From Felis catus (lineage: Eukaryota): 64,000 bases of DNA. The stretch covers positions 21,516,001 through 21,580,000 of the forward strand of contig NC_058369.1 in the NCBI RefSeq assembly GCF_018350175.1, read 5' to 3'. The position numbers and the translations under genes were made by a program. Shown here piece after piece: positions 24,310-37,290 of this stretch. Within the stretch, counting starts at the first letter, position 1. Each line of letters opens with the position of its first letter. Below the pieces are notes generated by a model, which saw only the letters and a list, made by a program, of their open reading frames with translations, did not search any database and had not been told where the DNA came from.

Positions 24310-25180
24310 ATAGGCATTTCAAACTTAAATTTTCAACCTGAATCCTCCTTAGTACTCTCCAATTGCATAAAAGATACCACCAGTCCATATTTTGGCTCAA
24401 TCCAAAAATGTGGGGTTATCCTTTTTTTCCAACTTCTCTTTCACATCTACAGATACATCAAAATCATCAGAAAACTCTGTAGGTACCACCTTTAAAATAC
24501 ACTCCAAATCAAATCACTTCCCACCATTTCTATTGCTCTCTCTCTAGCCCAAGACCTAACCACTATATCCTTTCACCTTTTAATCAAAATTACAACGAAA
24601 TCTAAACTCTTTGGAAGACTGTGAAGGCCCAATCTGGTGTGAGCCCTGGCTACCTTCCCTGCCACTTCATCCCCAACCAGCCTCTTGTGTGCTCACTGCA
24701 CTCAAGTGACCCTGGGATTCTTACTATTCTTCTCTAAACATGCTCTTTCCTCATTGACTTCCTCAAAGACCCCTTCCCCAGTGTCATTCACCGCTTCATT
24801 ACATTCAAGCCTCTCCTCAAACGTCCTGTTTCCAGAAAGGCCTCCCATCACTACTTCTCTAAAGCAGACACCCCAGACTGTGCCTCCATTATCTTACAGG
24901 CATTCAGAAGTACTTGCCAGTATGCCATACACCTTTGTATCCTCCCCGTTAGAAAACAAACTCTACCAAGACAAGACTTCATTTTGGTCACTCCTGTATC
25001 TGTCACAGCAGACTCAATAAATTTTTGTTGAGTGAGCAAAGATTCAAATATTCCAAACTCCACTAATTCCAATTTACATAATAAACTCTCTAAGAGCAGG
25101 ATTTTGTTTACTGATGTATCCTCACTGCTCAAAACAATGAGGGGCACTAGCAGGTTCACAACAGACAGCTGCTGAATGAG
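24310..25180 (+). mobile_element. L2 remnant, 3' portion
   Basis: L2-type 3' end actcaataaatttttgttgagtgag near 25012-25035 and a pyrimidine-rich L2-like body. Confidence 0.7.
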
Positions 25181-25589
25181 TACACCCTAGGGGAGTCCAT
25201 GCGTAGGAGGCAAGTACAAGGATGCTCACCACAGCACTGTCTGTGACAGCAACAGACAGAAGAAGAGACAAATTATGGCAATTCCACAATGGAGTAGTAC
25301 TATATCGCAGCTGAAATGAATGAACCAGTATTGACACAGATAAATCTCAAAAAAAAAAAAAAAAAAAAACCCACATCAAATAAAAACAGCAAGTACAGAA
25401 TGAAAAGCACAAGATACAGTTTAGGCTTCAAAGCAAACTTTGCAGTATAAATGTTTATAAATGCATGCATATTAATAAGAGTATAGAAACAAAGGTGGGA
25501 AGGATACACATCAACTACCTTTGGGAGATGGAGAGGAGAAAACAGGAAGAGAAGTACAAAAGAGGCTTAAACTCTATTAGGCTTTATTT

Positions 25590-28500
25590 CTTAAAAAAAA
25601 AATGGGAAGACATGAAAACATGTTCAACATCATTAGGGAAGTGCAAATCAAAATCACAATGAGATACCACTTCATACCCACTAGAATGACTATTATCCCA
25701 AAAAAGCAGAAAGTAAGTGTTGCCAAGGATGTGAGAAATTGGAATCTTTGTGCATTGCTGGTCTGCGGATGTAAAATGGTGCAGCCGCTGTGGAAAACTA
25801 TACGGTGGTTCCGGAAACAATTAAAAATACAATCACCCTGTGACCTAGCCATTCCACTTCTGGATATATACCCCAAAGAATTGAAAGCAAGGACTCAAAC
25901 AGATAGTTGTACACAAATGTTCATAGCAGTAATATTCACAATAGTCAAAAGGTGGAAGCAACTCAAGTGTCCATAAATGGATGAACAGATAAACAAAATG
26001 AGGTGTATACATACATACACTGGAGTATTATTCAGCCTTAAAAATATGGCACATATGACAACATGAATGAACCAGAGGACGTGACGCTGAACGAAGTAAG
26101 CCACTTGCAAAAGGACAGATACTGTATGATTCCACTTACATGCCAATAGCTAGAGTACTCAAATCCACAGAGACACAGACGAGAATGTAATTCCCAAGGA
26201 CTGGGGGGAAAGGGAAATGGGAAGTTATCATCATGTAACAGGTACAGAGTTGCAGTCTGAGAAGATGAAAAAGTGCTGGATTGGGTGCCTGGGTGAGTTA
26301 GTTAAGTGTCCAACTCTGGATTTCGGCTCAGGTCATGATCTCACGGTTTGTGGGTTTGAGCCCTGCACTGGGCTACCCGCTGACAGTGCAGAGCCTGCTT
26401 GGGATTCTCTCCCCCACTCTCAGCTGCTCCCCTGCTCACATGCACACACACTCTCTCTTTCTCTCAAAATAAATAAATAAACTTAAAAAAAAGTGCTGGA
26501 GATCACTGCGGTGATGCACAACAGTGTGAATGGACTTCATGCCACTGAACTGTATACCTAAAAATGGTTCACAAGTAAACTTTGTGTTAAGGACATTTTA
26601 TAACAATTTAAAAAATGGAAACAAATACTGGACAACGTTAACATTAATTCTTCACAGTAGGTACCACAGGTGTTTGTTATATTGTTTTCCACTCATTTTT
26701 ATCAATGTGTGTTATATTGTTTTCCATGTTTGAAAATTTTCACCAGAAATTTAACAAGCCAACAAAGACTACATGGGCAGCATCCTGGAAAGTATGGGTC
26801 AGTAGAAACTCAATTTCCATTATTAAAACATAACAAGGCTGACGATTCATGGTCCTCAGCCAGGAACCTACTCCCTCAAACAGTATGCTAATTTACAAAG
26901 AAAAAATAAACAACAAAAGGGGCAACCGGATGTCTCAGACGGCTGGGTGTCTGATTCCTGATTTCAGGTCAGGTTGTGATCTCATAGTTTGTGGGTTTGA
27001 GTCTAGTGCTGGGCTCTGCACTGAGCGCTCAGGGCCCACTTACGATTCTCTCTCTCCCTTGCCCAGCTCACGTTCTCTCTCCCAAGATAAACATTAAATA
27101 AACATTAAAAAAATAATGAAAAAATACTAAAAATAATGAATTAAAGAACTAAAACCTCTAATAATTAAAAACTACTGACAAGCCAAGAAGAAACAAACTA
27201 ATAATCTGATCAAAAAATGAGCAAAATAGGGGAGCCTGGGTGGCTCAGTTGGCTAAGCAACCGACTCTTGATATCAGCTCAGGTCACGATCTCGCAGTTG
27301 TGGGATTGAGCACCCATCGGGATTGGTTGGGATTATCTCTCTCTGCCCCTCCCCTGCTCGTGTGCATGCACACACTCTCTCTCAAAATAAATAATTATTT
27401 TATTTATCTCAAAATAAATAATTTTTCTTTAAAAAAAAGAAAAATGAGCAAAATACATGAAAAGAAATGCAAATAGTCCTTAAACACATGGAAAGATGTG
27501 TAAATTTACTCATTTTAAAAGATAAGCAAATTAAAACTACACTGAGGTATCAGATTGGAAAAAAATTCCAAAGTTTGACAACATACTCCTCTCTATAGTA
27601 AAGCTGTAGTTATGCAGGTAAACCATAATGACACAACCCTAGTGAAAGAGAACTTGGCAATATCTAGCAAAATACATATGTATTTGCCTTTTGAGCCAAC
27701 AATTCCACTTCTAGGAATCTATCCCAAAGATAGATATGCTGGCAAAAATACAAAAAGACGTATGTGCAAAACTATTCATTGCAGCCCTATTTGTAATACC
27801 AAGACTGGGATCAACCCAAGTGTCCACCAGCAGGGAACTGGCTGAATTAAATATGGTAGATACATCTATATAGCTGGAAAAAGGAAGGAGAAAGATTACT
27901 ACATACTGATGTGGGATAATCTCTAGTATAGAAGAGATATGAATATCAATATACATGTATGTATACACATTCTTGTTTATAATTTTTAAATGAGTAATAA
28001 AGTAATAAAACCAGTTATGTATATGAAGAATAAAAAGGATGAATAGTATCAGAATGCCATCATATGTAACTATGTAGACATTTTTACAATTTAGAAACAT
28101 ATTTAAATCAAAAGAAAAAAATTCCAGGGGCACCTGGGTGGTTCAGTCAGTTAGGCTTTGGACTCTGGATTTTCACTCAGGTCATGATTTCATGGATCCT
28201 GGCATTGAGCTCCACTAGGTTCTGTGCTCACAGCACGAAGCCTCCTTGGGATTCTCTCTCACCCTCTCTGCAACCTTCCCCACTCACACACATTCTCTTT
28301 CTCTCTCAAAATAAGCAAACATTAAAAAAAAAAAAAGAAAAAGAAAAAAATTCCAAATGAAAATGAACTGAAACAAATATGCTTAACTGTTGGTGGCAAA
28401 ACCAACAGGATTACTTTACACCATATTAAAATACAATATTTGACTGCAAACCCCGGGGGAATATATTTAAAGGCAAAAACCATAAAGAAACTTTAAACCT

Positions 28501-31500
28501 CACACTGTTATCTTACGAATACTTGGAATATTGGTTCTGTTGAAAAAATTATAGAAATATTATAAGGTAGGGATGCCTGGTGGCTCAGTCAGTTAAGCGT
28601 CAGACTCTTGATTTCAGCTCAGGTCATGATCTCATGGTTCATGAGTTCAAGCCCCATGTTGGGCTCCCTAGAGCCTGCTTGTGATTCTCTCTCTCTCTCC
28701 CTCTCCCTCTCCCTCTCTCTGCCCCTCCCCCTGCACACACATGCTCTCTCTCAAAATAAATAAATATTTTTTAAAAAACAATATAAGGGGGGCCTGGATG
28801 GCTCAGTTGGTTAAGCATCCAACTTCACCTCAGGTCATGATCTCACCATTCAGGAGCTCAAGTCCCACATTAGGTTCTGTGCTGTCAGCTCAGAGCCTGG
28901 AGCCCACTTCAGATTCTGTGTCTCCCTCTCTCTCTAACCCTCCCCTGCTCGTGCTCTGTCTCTCTCTCTCTTTCAATAACAAATATTAAACATTAAAAAA
29001 AAAACAATAAAAAATATGGTAGAGTAAAAATAAGTGATGATATGAACATCATTATGAAACAACACATTTCCAAAAGAAAAGAGACGCAAGCATAAAATCA
29101 AAGTAGTTTTAAATTACTGAAATTTTAAATTAAAATTATAAATACGGGGGCGCCTGGGTGGCTCAGTCAGTCAAGCGTTGGACTCTTGATTTCAGCTTAG
29201 GTCATGATCTTGCAGTTCCAGAGTCAGAGCCCCACATCTGGCTCTGTGCTGATGGTGCAGAGCCTACTTGGGATTCTTTCTCTCTCCCTCTGTCTCTACC
29301 ACTCCCCCACTCATGTTGACTCTCAAAAAATAAACATTAAAAAATAAGTAAGTAAAATTATAAATATAAAATGAAGCCACCTTTTCTAAAGATGTGTAGT
29401 TTCTACCTATGTCTATGGATAAGGCTTGTAAGAAATGACAACCTAGTATCAATGAGCACCCCAGTACTCAGACTGTGATCTCCAAATATCGTATCCACTG
29501 CCCTAAAGAAAAAATCATTCCCCAGAGAAATGGTAGGTTGTAAGTCTGGGGTAGAAAATGTGCAAGAAGTACCTGGGAATCTTACTACACCAGAAAGCAA
29601 GGACTAGAATTATCACAGATACATTGATATCACACCAAAAAACACAGGAAATAATCTGAAAGAACGCTCATTGCTCTAGAATGTGGCAGTTTGATCATCA
29701 AATGAACGACAGCAATAGAATCAAACTCATCAAATATGTGTGTGTGTGCGTTTTAAATGCATGAATTAACAATAACATTTAAAACAAGATAAATCAACTT
29801 CCTAAATGGCACAGTGAGTACCTCAGTGAACCTACTCTCCCAGAAAAATATCAAGATCACTGACTAAACAATGAAAAGCAACCATTTCAAAGTTATGAAA
29901 TTAACTGAAGGCACACAACAAACTGAAAAGTACTATTCCAGACAAGGTACTGGACCTGGTTAGAAGAGCAGGGTTGTGGCTTTTTAACCTGGGACTATTC
30001 CCATTCCTCATCCCTCCTTAGCTCAAACAGAAACTTTGGAATTGAAAATACAATAACCGTAAGTAAACTCCATGGTAAGCTCCTTAGCAGAATAAGGAGG
30101 ATACAGGAAAGAACGACTAAAATTAAAAACAGAGCAAAAGAAAACACTCAATCTAAACAACAGAAAGGAAACACTGAAAAAATGAAAAGAGTTTCAAGGA
30201 GTTGTGGAATAGCAACAAAAAAAATCTAACACTAGGGCCAGCAGAGTACTAGAAAAAGAGAAGGAAGACAGGGTTGAAAAAGTATTTGAAGAAATAATGG
30301 CTGAAATTTTTCCAATTCTGGCCAAAAAAAAAAAATGTCCAATAAGTCTATAGATTCAAGAAACTAAGAAAACCCCAAACAAGATAAATCCAAGGAAATA
30401 TGTGCAAAGATACAGCAAAAGTCAAACTTCTGAAAGCTAAAAGACAAAAAAATCTTGAAAGCAGCAAGGGAAATAATACCTCTCTTAAGATGAATGGGGG
30501 AGAGGGGATTCCAATGACAGATTTCTCACCAGAAATCATGGAATGCATGAATGCCAGAATACATACTACTTTTCAAGAGATGGAAAAAAAAGTATTTTCT
30601 ACCCAAAATTCTATTTCCAGCAAAAATATCCTTCAGTAATGAACAGGGAAGTAAAGACACTTGTCATAGTAAGGTAAAATATTTTTTCACCAGATCAATC
30701 CCCCCCCCACACAAAATCCCCCACAATCCCCCCCCCACACACACAAAAAATGGCTTAAGAAAATTCTATAAACAGAAATGGAATGACAGAAGAAGGAATC
30801 TTAGAAAATCAGGAAGGAATAAGGGACAATTTCAAGAGTAAAAATATTGGAAAATATAAAACAGTTTCCTTCTCTTCCTGACTTCAAATTATGTTTGACA
30901 GTTGAGGCAAAAATTTTAACAGTGCCCGATGTGGTTCTCAAGTATGTGGAGGAAATATTTAAGACAATTATAAAGGTAAAGAGATATAAAAGCGGGTAAA
31001 GTTTCCACACTTTGCTCAAATTAATTAAATGATGACACTAGCAAAGTATGAGAAGTTATGTATATATAGTGTTCCACCTAGAACAGCCACTAAAAAGCCA
31101 CAGAAACAGATACATTAAAAAACACTACATACAAATCAAAATGGAATTCTAAAAAAGTTCAAGTAACCCACAAGAAGGCAGGAAGAGAGAGGAAAAAAAA
31201 AGAAAACAAAAAACAAAAAACCAAAAACCAATGAACAAAAACAGCAGACTTGAGTCCTAATAATTACATTAAATGTAAATGGTCTAAATACATCAACATA
31301 AGACTAAAACTCTTTTAAATGACCATATGTTTTATAGGAAATTTTGAATATAATGACATAGGTAGAAAGTGAAAGGATGGAAAGATATACCATGTAAACA
31401 TTAATCAAAAGAAAACAGGAATAGGTCAGGGTACCTGGGTGGCTCAGCCAGTTGAGTGTCCAACTCTTGATTTCAACTGAGGTCATAAACTCACCATTCA

Positions 31501-32863
31501 TAAGTTTGAGCCCTGTGTCAGGCTCTGCACTGACAGTGTGAAGCCTGCTTGGGATTCATTCTCTCTCTCTCTCTCTGCCTCTCTCTGTCCCTCTCCTGCT
31601 CACGCTCACTCTCTCTCTCTCAAAATAAATAAATAAACAAACAAACAAAAAGAAAACAGGAATAGGTAAATCCATAGAAACAGAAATTAAGTTAATGGTT
31701 GCCAAAGACTGGATGGAGCAAGAAATGACTGCTAACAGTTTCTCTTTGGGGGGAGATGAAATATTCTGGAATTAGCAGTAATGGTCACACAACTTTGTGA
31801 ATATAATAAAAATCGTTGAATTGTGTACTCTAAACAGGTATATGACTTCATGATATGTGAATCACATCTCAAAAAACAAAAACAGATGTGCCTGCGTGGT
31901 TCAGTTGAGCATCCTACTCTTGATTTTGGCTTAGGTCATGAACCCAGGGTCATGGGATCAAGCTTCGTGGCAGGCTCTTGCACTGAATGTGGAGCCTGTT
32001 TAAGATTCTCTCTCCCTCTGCCCCTCTACCCTGCTCGCACTGTCTCTCTCTCTCCAAAATTAAGAAAATTTAAAAAACCTCAATAAAGTTTTTTAAAAAC
32101 CTCAACAGTGAAAAAAGAATGTCATTATTAATTTAAAAAGCAAACAACACAATAAATGAGCCAAAGACACGAAGACACTTTTACTAAAGAGGATATAAGG
32201 ATGACAAACAAGCACATGTTCAACATCACTAGCCATTAGGGAAAGGCAAATTAAGACCAGGATAAGGTGTCATTACACACCTTATCAGAAATGACTTAAA
32301 AAACAGCGACAATACCCAGTGGCAGAGGGGATGTGCAGAAACTAGATCTCTCATCCATTGCTGATAAAAATGTACAGCTACTCTGGAAAGTAGTTTGGCC
32401 ATTTCTTTATTAAACATATGACCCAGCAATTGTGGTCCTGGGCATTTATTCCAGAAAAATAAAATCTTATGTATATGATTGCTCACAGCAGCTTTATTTG
32501 TAATGGCCAAAAACTGGATGCAACCAAAATGTACTACAACAGATGAATAGTTAACCAAACTGTAATACATGGAATACTACTGAGCAATGAAAGGGAACAA
32601 ACTTCTGATACACACAAGAATTTGGATAGCTCTCAAGAGCATTATCTTGAGCGGAAAAAGCGAACCTCAAAAAGTCACACACCTGGGGCACCTGGGTGAC
32701 TCAGTTGGTTAAGTGTCTGACTTCGGCTCAGGTCATGATCTCACGGTTCGTGAGTTCAAGCCCCGAATCAGACTCTCTGCTGACAGCACAGAGCCTGCTT
32801 CAGATCCTCTGTCCCCCTCCCTACCCTTCCCCTGCACCCATGCGCACACTTGTACACGTATGT

Positions 32864-32900
<37 letters not shown>

Positions 32901-33310
32901 CTCTCTCTCTCTAAAAAATAAACATTAAAAAAAAAGTCACATACTATGTGATTCTATTTATATAAAATTTTTGTAATGACAGAGAGATGGAGAACAGATT
33001 AACAGCTCCCTGGGGTTAGAGGAGGTTGGGGGAAAGTAAGGGGGAGACGTAACTATGAAGGGGTAGCAAGGAAGAGCTCTTTGTGGTGATGGAACAGTTC
33101 TGTATCTTGACTGAGGTGGTAGTTACAGGAATCTGCATGTAATAAAATGACAGAGAACTATACACACTTTCTACCTTGTCAGTTTCCTGGCTTTTATGTT
33201 GTAATATACTTATAGGAGATGTAACTAATGGTAAACACCGGGTGAACACAGGACCTGTCAGTACCATCTTTATAACTTCCCATGAATCTACAGTTATTTC
33301 AAAATATTTC
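25590..33310 (+). mobile_element. Block of plus-strand old L1 fragments (3' ends, plus an ORF1/ORF2-start remnant at about 29800-31420) with ten plus-strand Can-SINEs
   Basis: ORF 25602..25976 is L1 ORF2 C-terminus-like (MVQPLWKT, AIPLLDIYPKE). ORF1-like FEEIMAE and DFSPE; ORF2 start ITLNVNGLN near 31264. SINE heads at about 26283, 26918, 27229, 28127, 28570, 28787, 29146, 31428, 31885, 32685. Confidence 0.75.
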
Positions 33311-33560
33311 AAAAGTTACTATCAAAATTAAAAAAAAAAATTTAAACATGTTTGTTCATAAAAGTCATTTGCTTTTCCAGCCAACATTATGAGTACCCCC
33401 TAGTGCCAGGTTCTCTGCTAGGTACAGAGAAAGATGACACGCCTTCAAAGGGCTTCCTGGTCAGTGGTAGAAAGACAAATCAGACAATACAGCACAGGTA
33501 AGTAATACAACTGTGCACTGTGCACTATGAAAAATGATTTCTGTTCAGCAAAGCCAGTAC

Positions 33561-33588
33561 CTGCATCAAGCTGCTGCTCCCCGTTCAT
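33561..33588 (-). CDS. SFMBT1: SFMBT1 first coding segment (exon 2), MNGEQQLDA, 28 nt
   Basis: Minus strand gaaATG AAC GGG GAG CAG CAG CTT GAT GCA G|gtactg. Phase-1 donor matches the next exon. Too short for the ORF track. Confidence 0.93.
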
Positions 33589-33601
33589 TTCCACAGAACA
33601 T
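33566..33601 (-). promoter_or_regulatory. Out-of-frame uORF2 overlapping the SFMBT1 start codon (MFCGNERGAAA*)
   Basis: ATG 13 nt upstream of the main ATG, stop TGA at 33566-33568 inside the CDS. Translation is unproven. Confidence 0.5.
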
Positions 33602-33715
33602 GGGCTGTCTTCTCCCCACGCAAAGGACAGGCCTTATGGTTCCGCTATGGTCTGAAAATTACTTGCAGGTCTCAAGCATCTGTTCAGTGGGCATCCAAGG
33701 GTCCAAATGAAAGTG
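33589..33715 (-). other. SFMBT1: 5'UTR part of SFMBT1 exon 2 (127 nt)
   Basis: Strong acceptor tgtgttcttttttatctttcag|CACTTT at 33716/33715, upstream of the ATG. Confidence 0.8.
33659..33694 (-). promoter_or_regulatory. uORF1 in SFMBT1 5'UTR (MPTEQMLETCK*)
   Basis: ATG CCC ACT GAA CAG ATG CTT GAG ACC TGC AAG TAA, read directly. Translation is unproven. Confidence 0.55.
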
Positions 33716-34244
33716 CTGAAAGATAAAAAAGAACACATAAACAGCTTGAAGCCCCAGTGTGTTTACTCATTCCTGAGACCTGGCACCCCAGTCCGTTGAG
33801 AGTGCACATGAAACAAAAACACCTTGGCAGAAGAGATGGGACTATAGAAAAAACTGACACCTAATTTTGAAGAATGTATGTGTGGGTGTGTGTGTGCATA
33901 CGTGTGTATGTGTAGAGATAGCACTATCGAGATCTTGATATCTAAAAATTGCAACAAATTAACACGTATATGAATTAGTACTCTTTAAACTCAGATTGTA
34001 ATACTTAGCACCTTGACTCCTACCCACAAAAACCCTAATTCCTAATGAATTCCTGAAGGAAAAACGGTAGCTTTCAATGTTCTATCTTACCCAATGAATA
34101 AGATCAAGGATATATTACTCTATCTAGCTTTCCATTCCATTTATCGAGAATATTATACAGAACCAAAACTTATCAACTACCTTAGTCTACAATTACACTT
34201 ACAAAGGGAACCCCTCCAAAATAAGCCCTGAACCAATTTATTCT

Positions 34245-34700
34245 TTTTAAATTTTTTTAATGTTTATTTATTTCTGAGACAGAGAGAGACAGAGCATGAG
34301 GGGGGAAGGGCAGAGAGAGAGGGAGACACAGAATCAGAAGTAGGCTCCAGGCTCTGAGCTGTCAGCACAGAGCCCAACGCGGGGCTCGAACTCACAAACT
34401 GTGAGATCATGACCTGAGCTGAAGTCGGTCGCTCAACTGACTGAGCCACCCAGGTGCCCCTTATTTATTCTTTTTTTAAAAACACAATTTTATTGGGGGC
34501 ACCAGGGTGGCTCAGTCGGTTAAACGTCTGACTCTCAGTATCAGCTCGGTCATGATCTCATGGTCTCATGAGTTCAAGCCCCACATAAGGCTCTGTGCTG
34601 ACAATGTGGAGCCTGCTTGGGATTCTCTCTCTCTCCCTCTCTCTCTCTGCCCCTCCCCCCCCCCCACGCTGTCTCTGTCTCTCTCAAAATAAACTGTAAA
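34245..34700. mobile_element. Head-to-head inverted Can-SINE pair
   Basis: Minus copy ends at 34460; plus copy starts at about 34495. Confidence 0.92.
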
Positions 34701-35170
34701 CAAATATATTAACAAAACAACTTTACTGGGATATAATTCACATACCAAAATTTCCCACTTTAAGTGTATAATTTCACAGCTTAATAAGTTTACAGAGTTG
34801 TGTAACTACCACTCTATCCAGTTTCAGAATATCTCTGTTACCATGAAAAAAACTCCGTTCCCACTTGCAGCTCCTCCACATTCTGTCTAGGCACAGAACA
34901 GGTACCTGACTTGCCCAGGGCCCAACAACTAGGAAGTAGCAGAACCAGGTTTCAAGCCAAGCAAAATGTCTATAGTCCATGTCCTCGAACACTGTATTTT
35001 ACTGCCTCTCAATGGGAAACAGCTGAGAGTTTCTTTAACCATGGAAAGGAAATGATCAAATCTGTGTTTCACAAAAGATCACTCTGGACCCAAATAGAGA
35101 AACCAGAGGGAGTGATAGCAAAGACAACATACAAGTATAAAACTACATGGCAAAGGACTCCATAATTAAT

Positions 35171-35890
35171 GGGGAGTCTGGGTGGCTCAGTCAGTTGAGC
35201 GTCTGACTCTTGATTTCGGCTCAGGTCATGATCTCAGGGTAGCGGGATCAAGCCCCAAGTTGGGCTCCATGCCAAGCATGGAGCCCTGCTTGGGATTCTC
35301 TCATTCTCTCTCTCTCTCTCTCCCTAAAATAAAAAAAAATTTTTTTAAAGAAGACACCATAAATAAAGTTCAAAAGTAAAGGAGTTTATCTTAAAAGTTC
35401 TCATTACAAGAAACAATTTTTTGTAACTATGTATGGTGATTGATACTAACTAGACTGAGTTTGGTGATCACTTTGCAATGTATACAAACATCAAATCATT
35501 CTGTTGTACACCTGAAACAGAATGTTATTTGTTATACTTTACTACAAATAAACAAACAAACAAACAAACAAACAAGACAAATGAGATGGGTGAAAATATA
35601 ATGGGTTAATTTCCATATATAAACTCCTATAATTGAACAACATCAAAAAAGAAAAAATGGGCAAAATACATAACTGATCCACATTTAATGTTTTTATTTA
35701 TTTTTGAGACAGAGAGAGACAGAGCATGAGCAGGAGAGGAGCAGAGAGAGAGGGAGACACAGAATCTGAAGAAGGCTCCAGGCTCTGAACTGTCAGCACA
35801 GAGCCCGATGCGGGGCTTGAATTCACTGACTATGAGATCATGACCTGAGGAAAGTTGGACGCCCAACCGACTGAGCCACCCAGGCGCCCC
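35171..35890. mobile_element. Plus Can-SINE (about 35171-35345), L1 3' end fragment with (AAAC)n tail, minus Can-SINE (about 35685-35890)
   Basis: SINE heads and tails. L1 3' motif gttgtacacctgaaac. cataa(c/t)tgatc flanks the minus SINE. Confidence 0.8.
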
Positions 35891-36186
35891 ATAATTGATC
35901 TACATTTAAACACATCAGAGTTAAAGCTTATAAAAGTGTGCTCAATCTTATTAGTAGTGACGAAAATAATTTTTAATTATATACTATTTTTTCACCTTTC
36001 AGATTGGTAAAATTTTTAAAACTAAAAAGAATTGTTGGCACAGAAGGTGGATGAATGGAAGAAATTGGGAGTACAGATTGGTACCTCTTTTTTTTGAAAA
36101 GAAATTTAATGAAACATAATTTAACCTACAAAGATTTATAAGACACAAACTCTTTGAGCAGTAATTCTAGTATTACGAATCTTTCA

Positions 36187-37290
36187 GAGTGCCTGGGTGG
36201 CTCAGTCAGTTAAGTGTCCTACTCTTGATTTGTGCTCAGGTCGTGATCTCGCAGTTTGTGAGTTCGAGCCCTGCACTGTGCTCTGCGCTGACAGTGCAGA
36301 ACCTGCTTGGGATTCTGTCTCTCCATTTCTCTCTGCCCCTCCCTGGCTCTCTCTCTCTCTTTCAAAATAAATAAATAAACCTAAAAAAAAATAAAAGAAT
36401 CTTGGGAATGCAAGCTGGTGCATCCACTCTGGAAAACAGTATGGAGGTTCCTCAAAAAGCTAAAAATAGAACTACCCTACGACCCAGCAATTGCACTACT
36501 AGGCATTTATCCACGGGATACAGATGTGCTGTTTCGAAGGGACACATTCACCCCAACGTTTATAGCAGCACTACCAACAATAGCCAAAGTATGGAAAGAG
36601 CCCAAATGTCCATCGGTGGATGAATGGATAAAGAAGATGTGGTGCATATATACACGATGGAGTATTATTTGGCAATCAGAAAGAATGAAATCTTGCCATT
36701 TGCAACTATGTGGATGGAACTGGAGGGTATTACGCTAAATGAATTTAGTCTGTCAGAGAAAGACAAATATCATATGACTTCACTCATATGAGGACTTTAA
36801 GAGACAAACAGATGAATATAAGGAAAAACAAACAAAAATAATATAAAAACAGCGGGGCGGGGGGCGCCTGGGTGGCTCAGTCGGTTAAGTGTCTGACTTC
36901 AGCTCAGGTCATGATCTCACACTCTGTGAGTTCAAGCCTCGCATCGGGCTCTGTGCTGACAGCTCAGAGCCTGGAGCCTGCTTCAGATTCTGGGTCTCCC
37001 TCTCTCTGCCCCTCCCCTGCTCATGCTCTGTCTCTCTCTGTCTCAAAAATAAATAAAAACATTTTAAAAAAAAATTTAAAAAAAAAACAGGGAGGGGAAA
37101 AAAACATAAGAGATTCATAAATATGTAGAACAAACAGAGGGTTATGGGGGGGTGGTGTGGGAGGGGGGATGGGCTAAATGGGTAAGGGGCACTAAGGAAT
37201 CTACTTCTGAAATCATTGTTGCACTATATGCTAATTTAGATGTAAATTAAAAAAAAATTAAAATTAAAAAAAAAATAAAATAAAAGAACC
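36187..37290 (+). mobile_element. Nested SINE > L1 3' fragment (about 36404-37280) > SINE (about 36861-37085)
   Basis: ORF 36418..36738 is the L1 ORF2 C-terminus. 3'UTR is the same type as the 19.3-21.6 kb L1. Flanks ataaaagaatctt / ataaaagaacctt. Confidence 0.9.
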
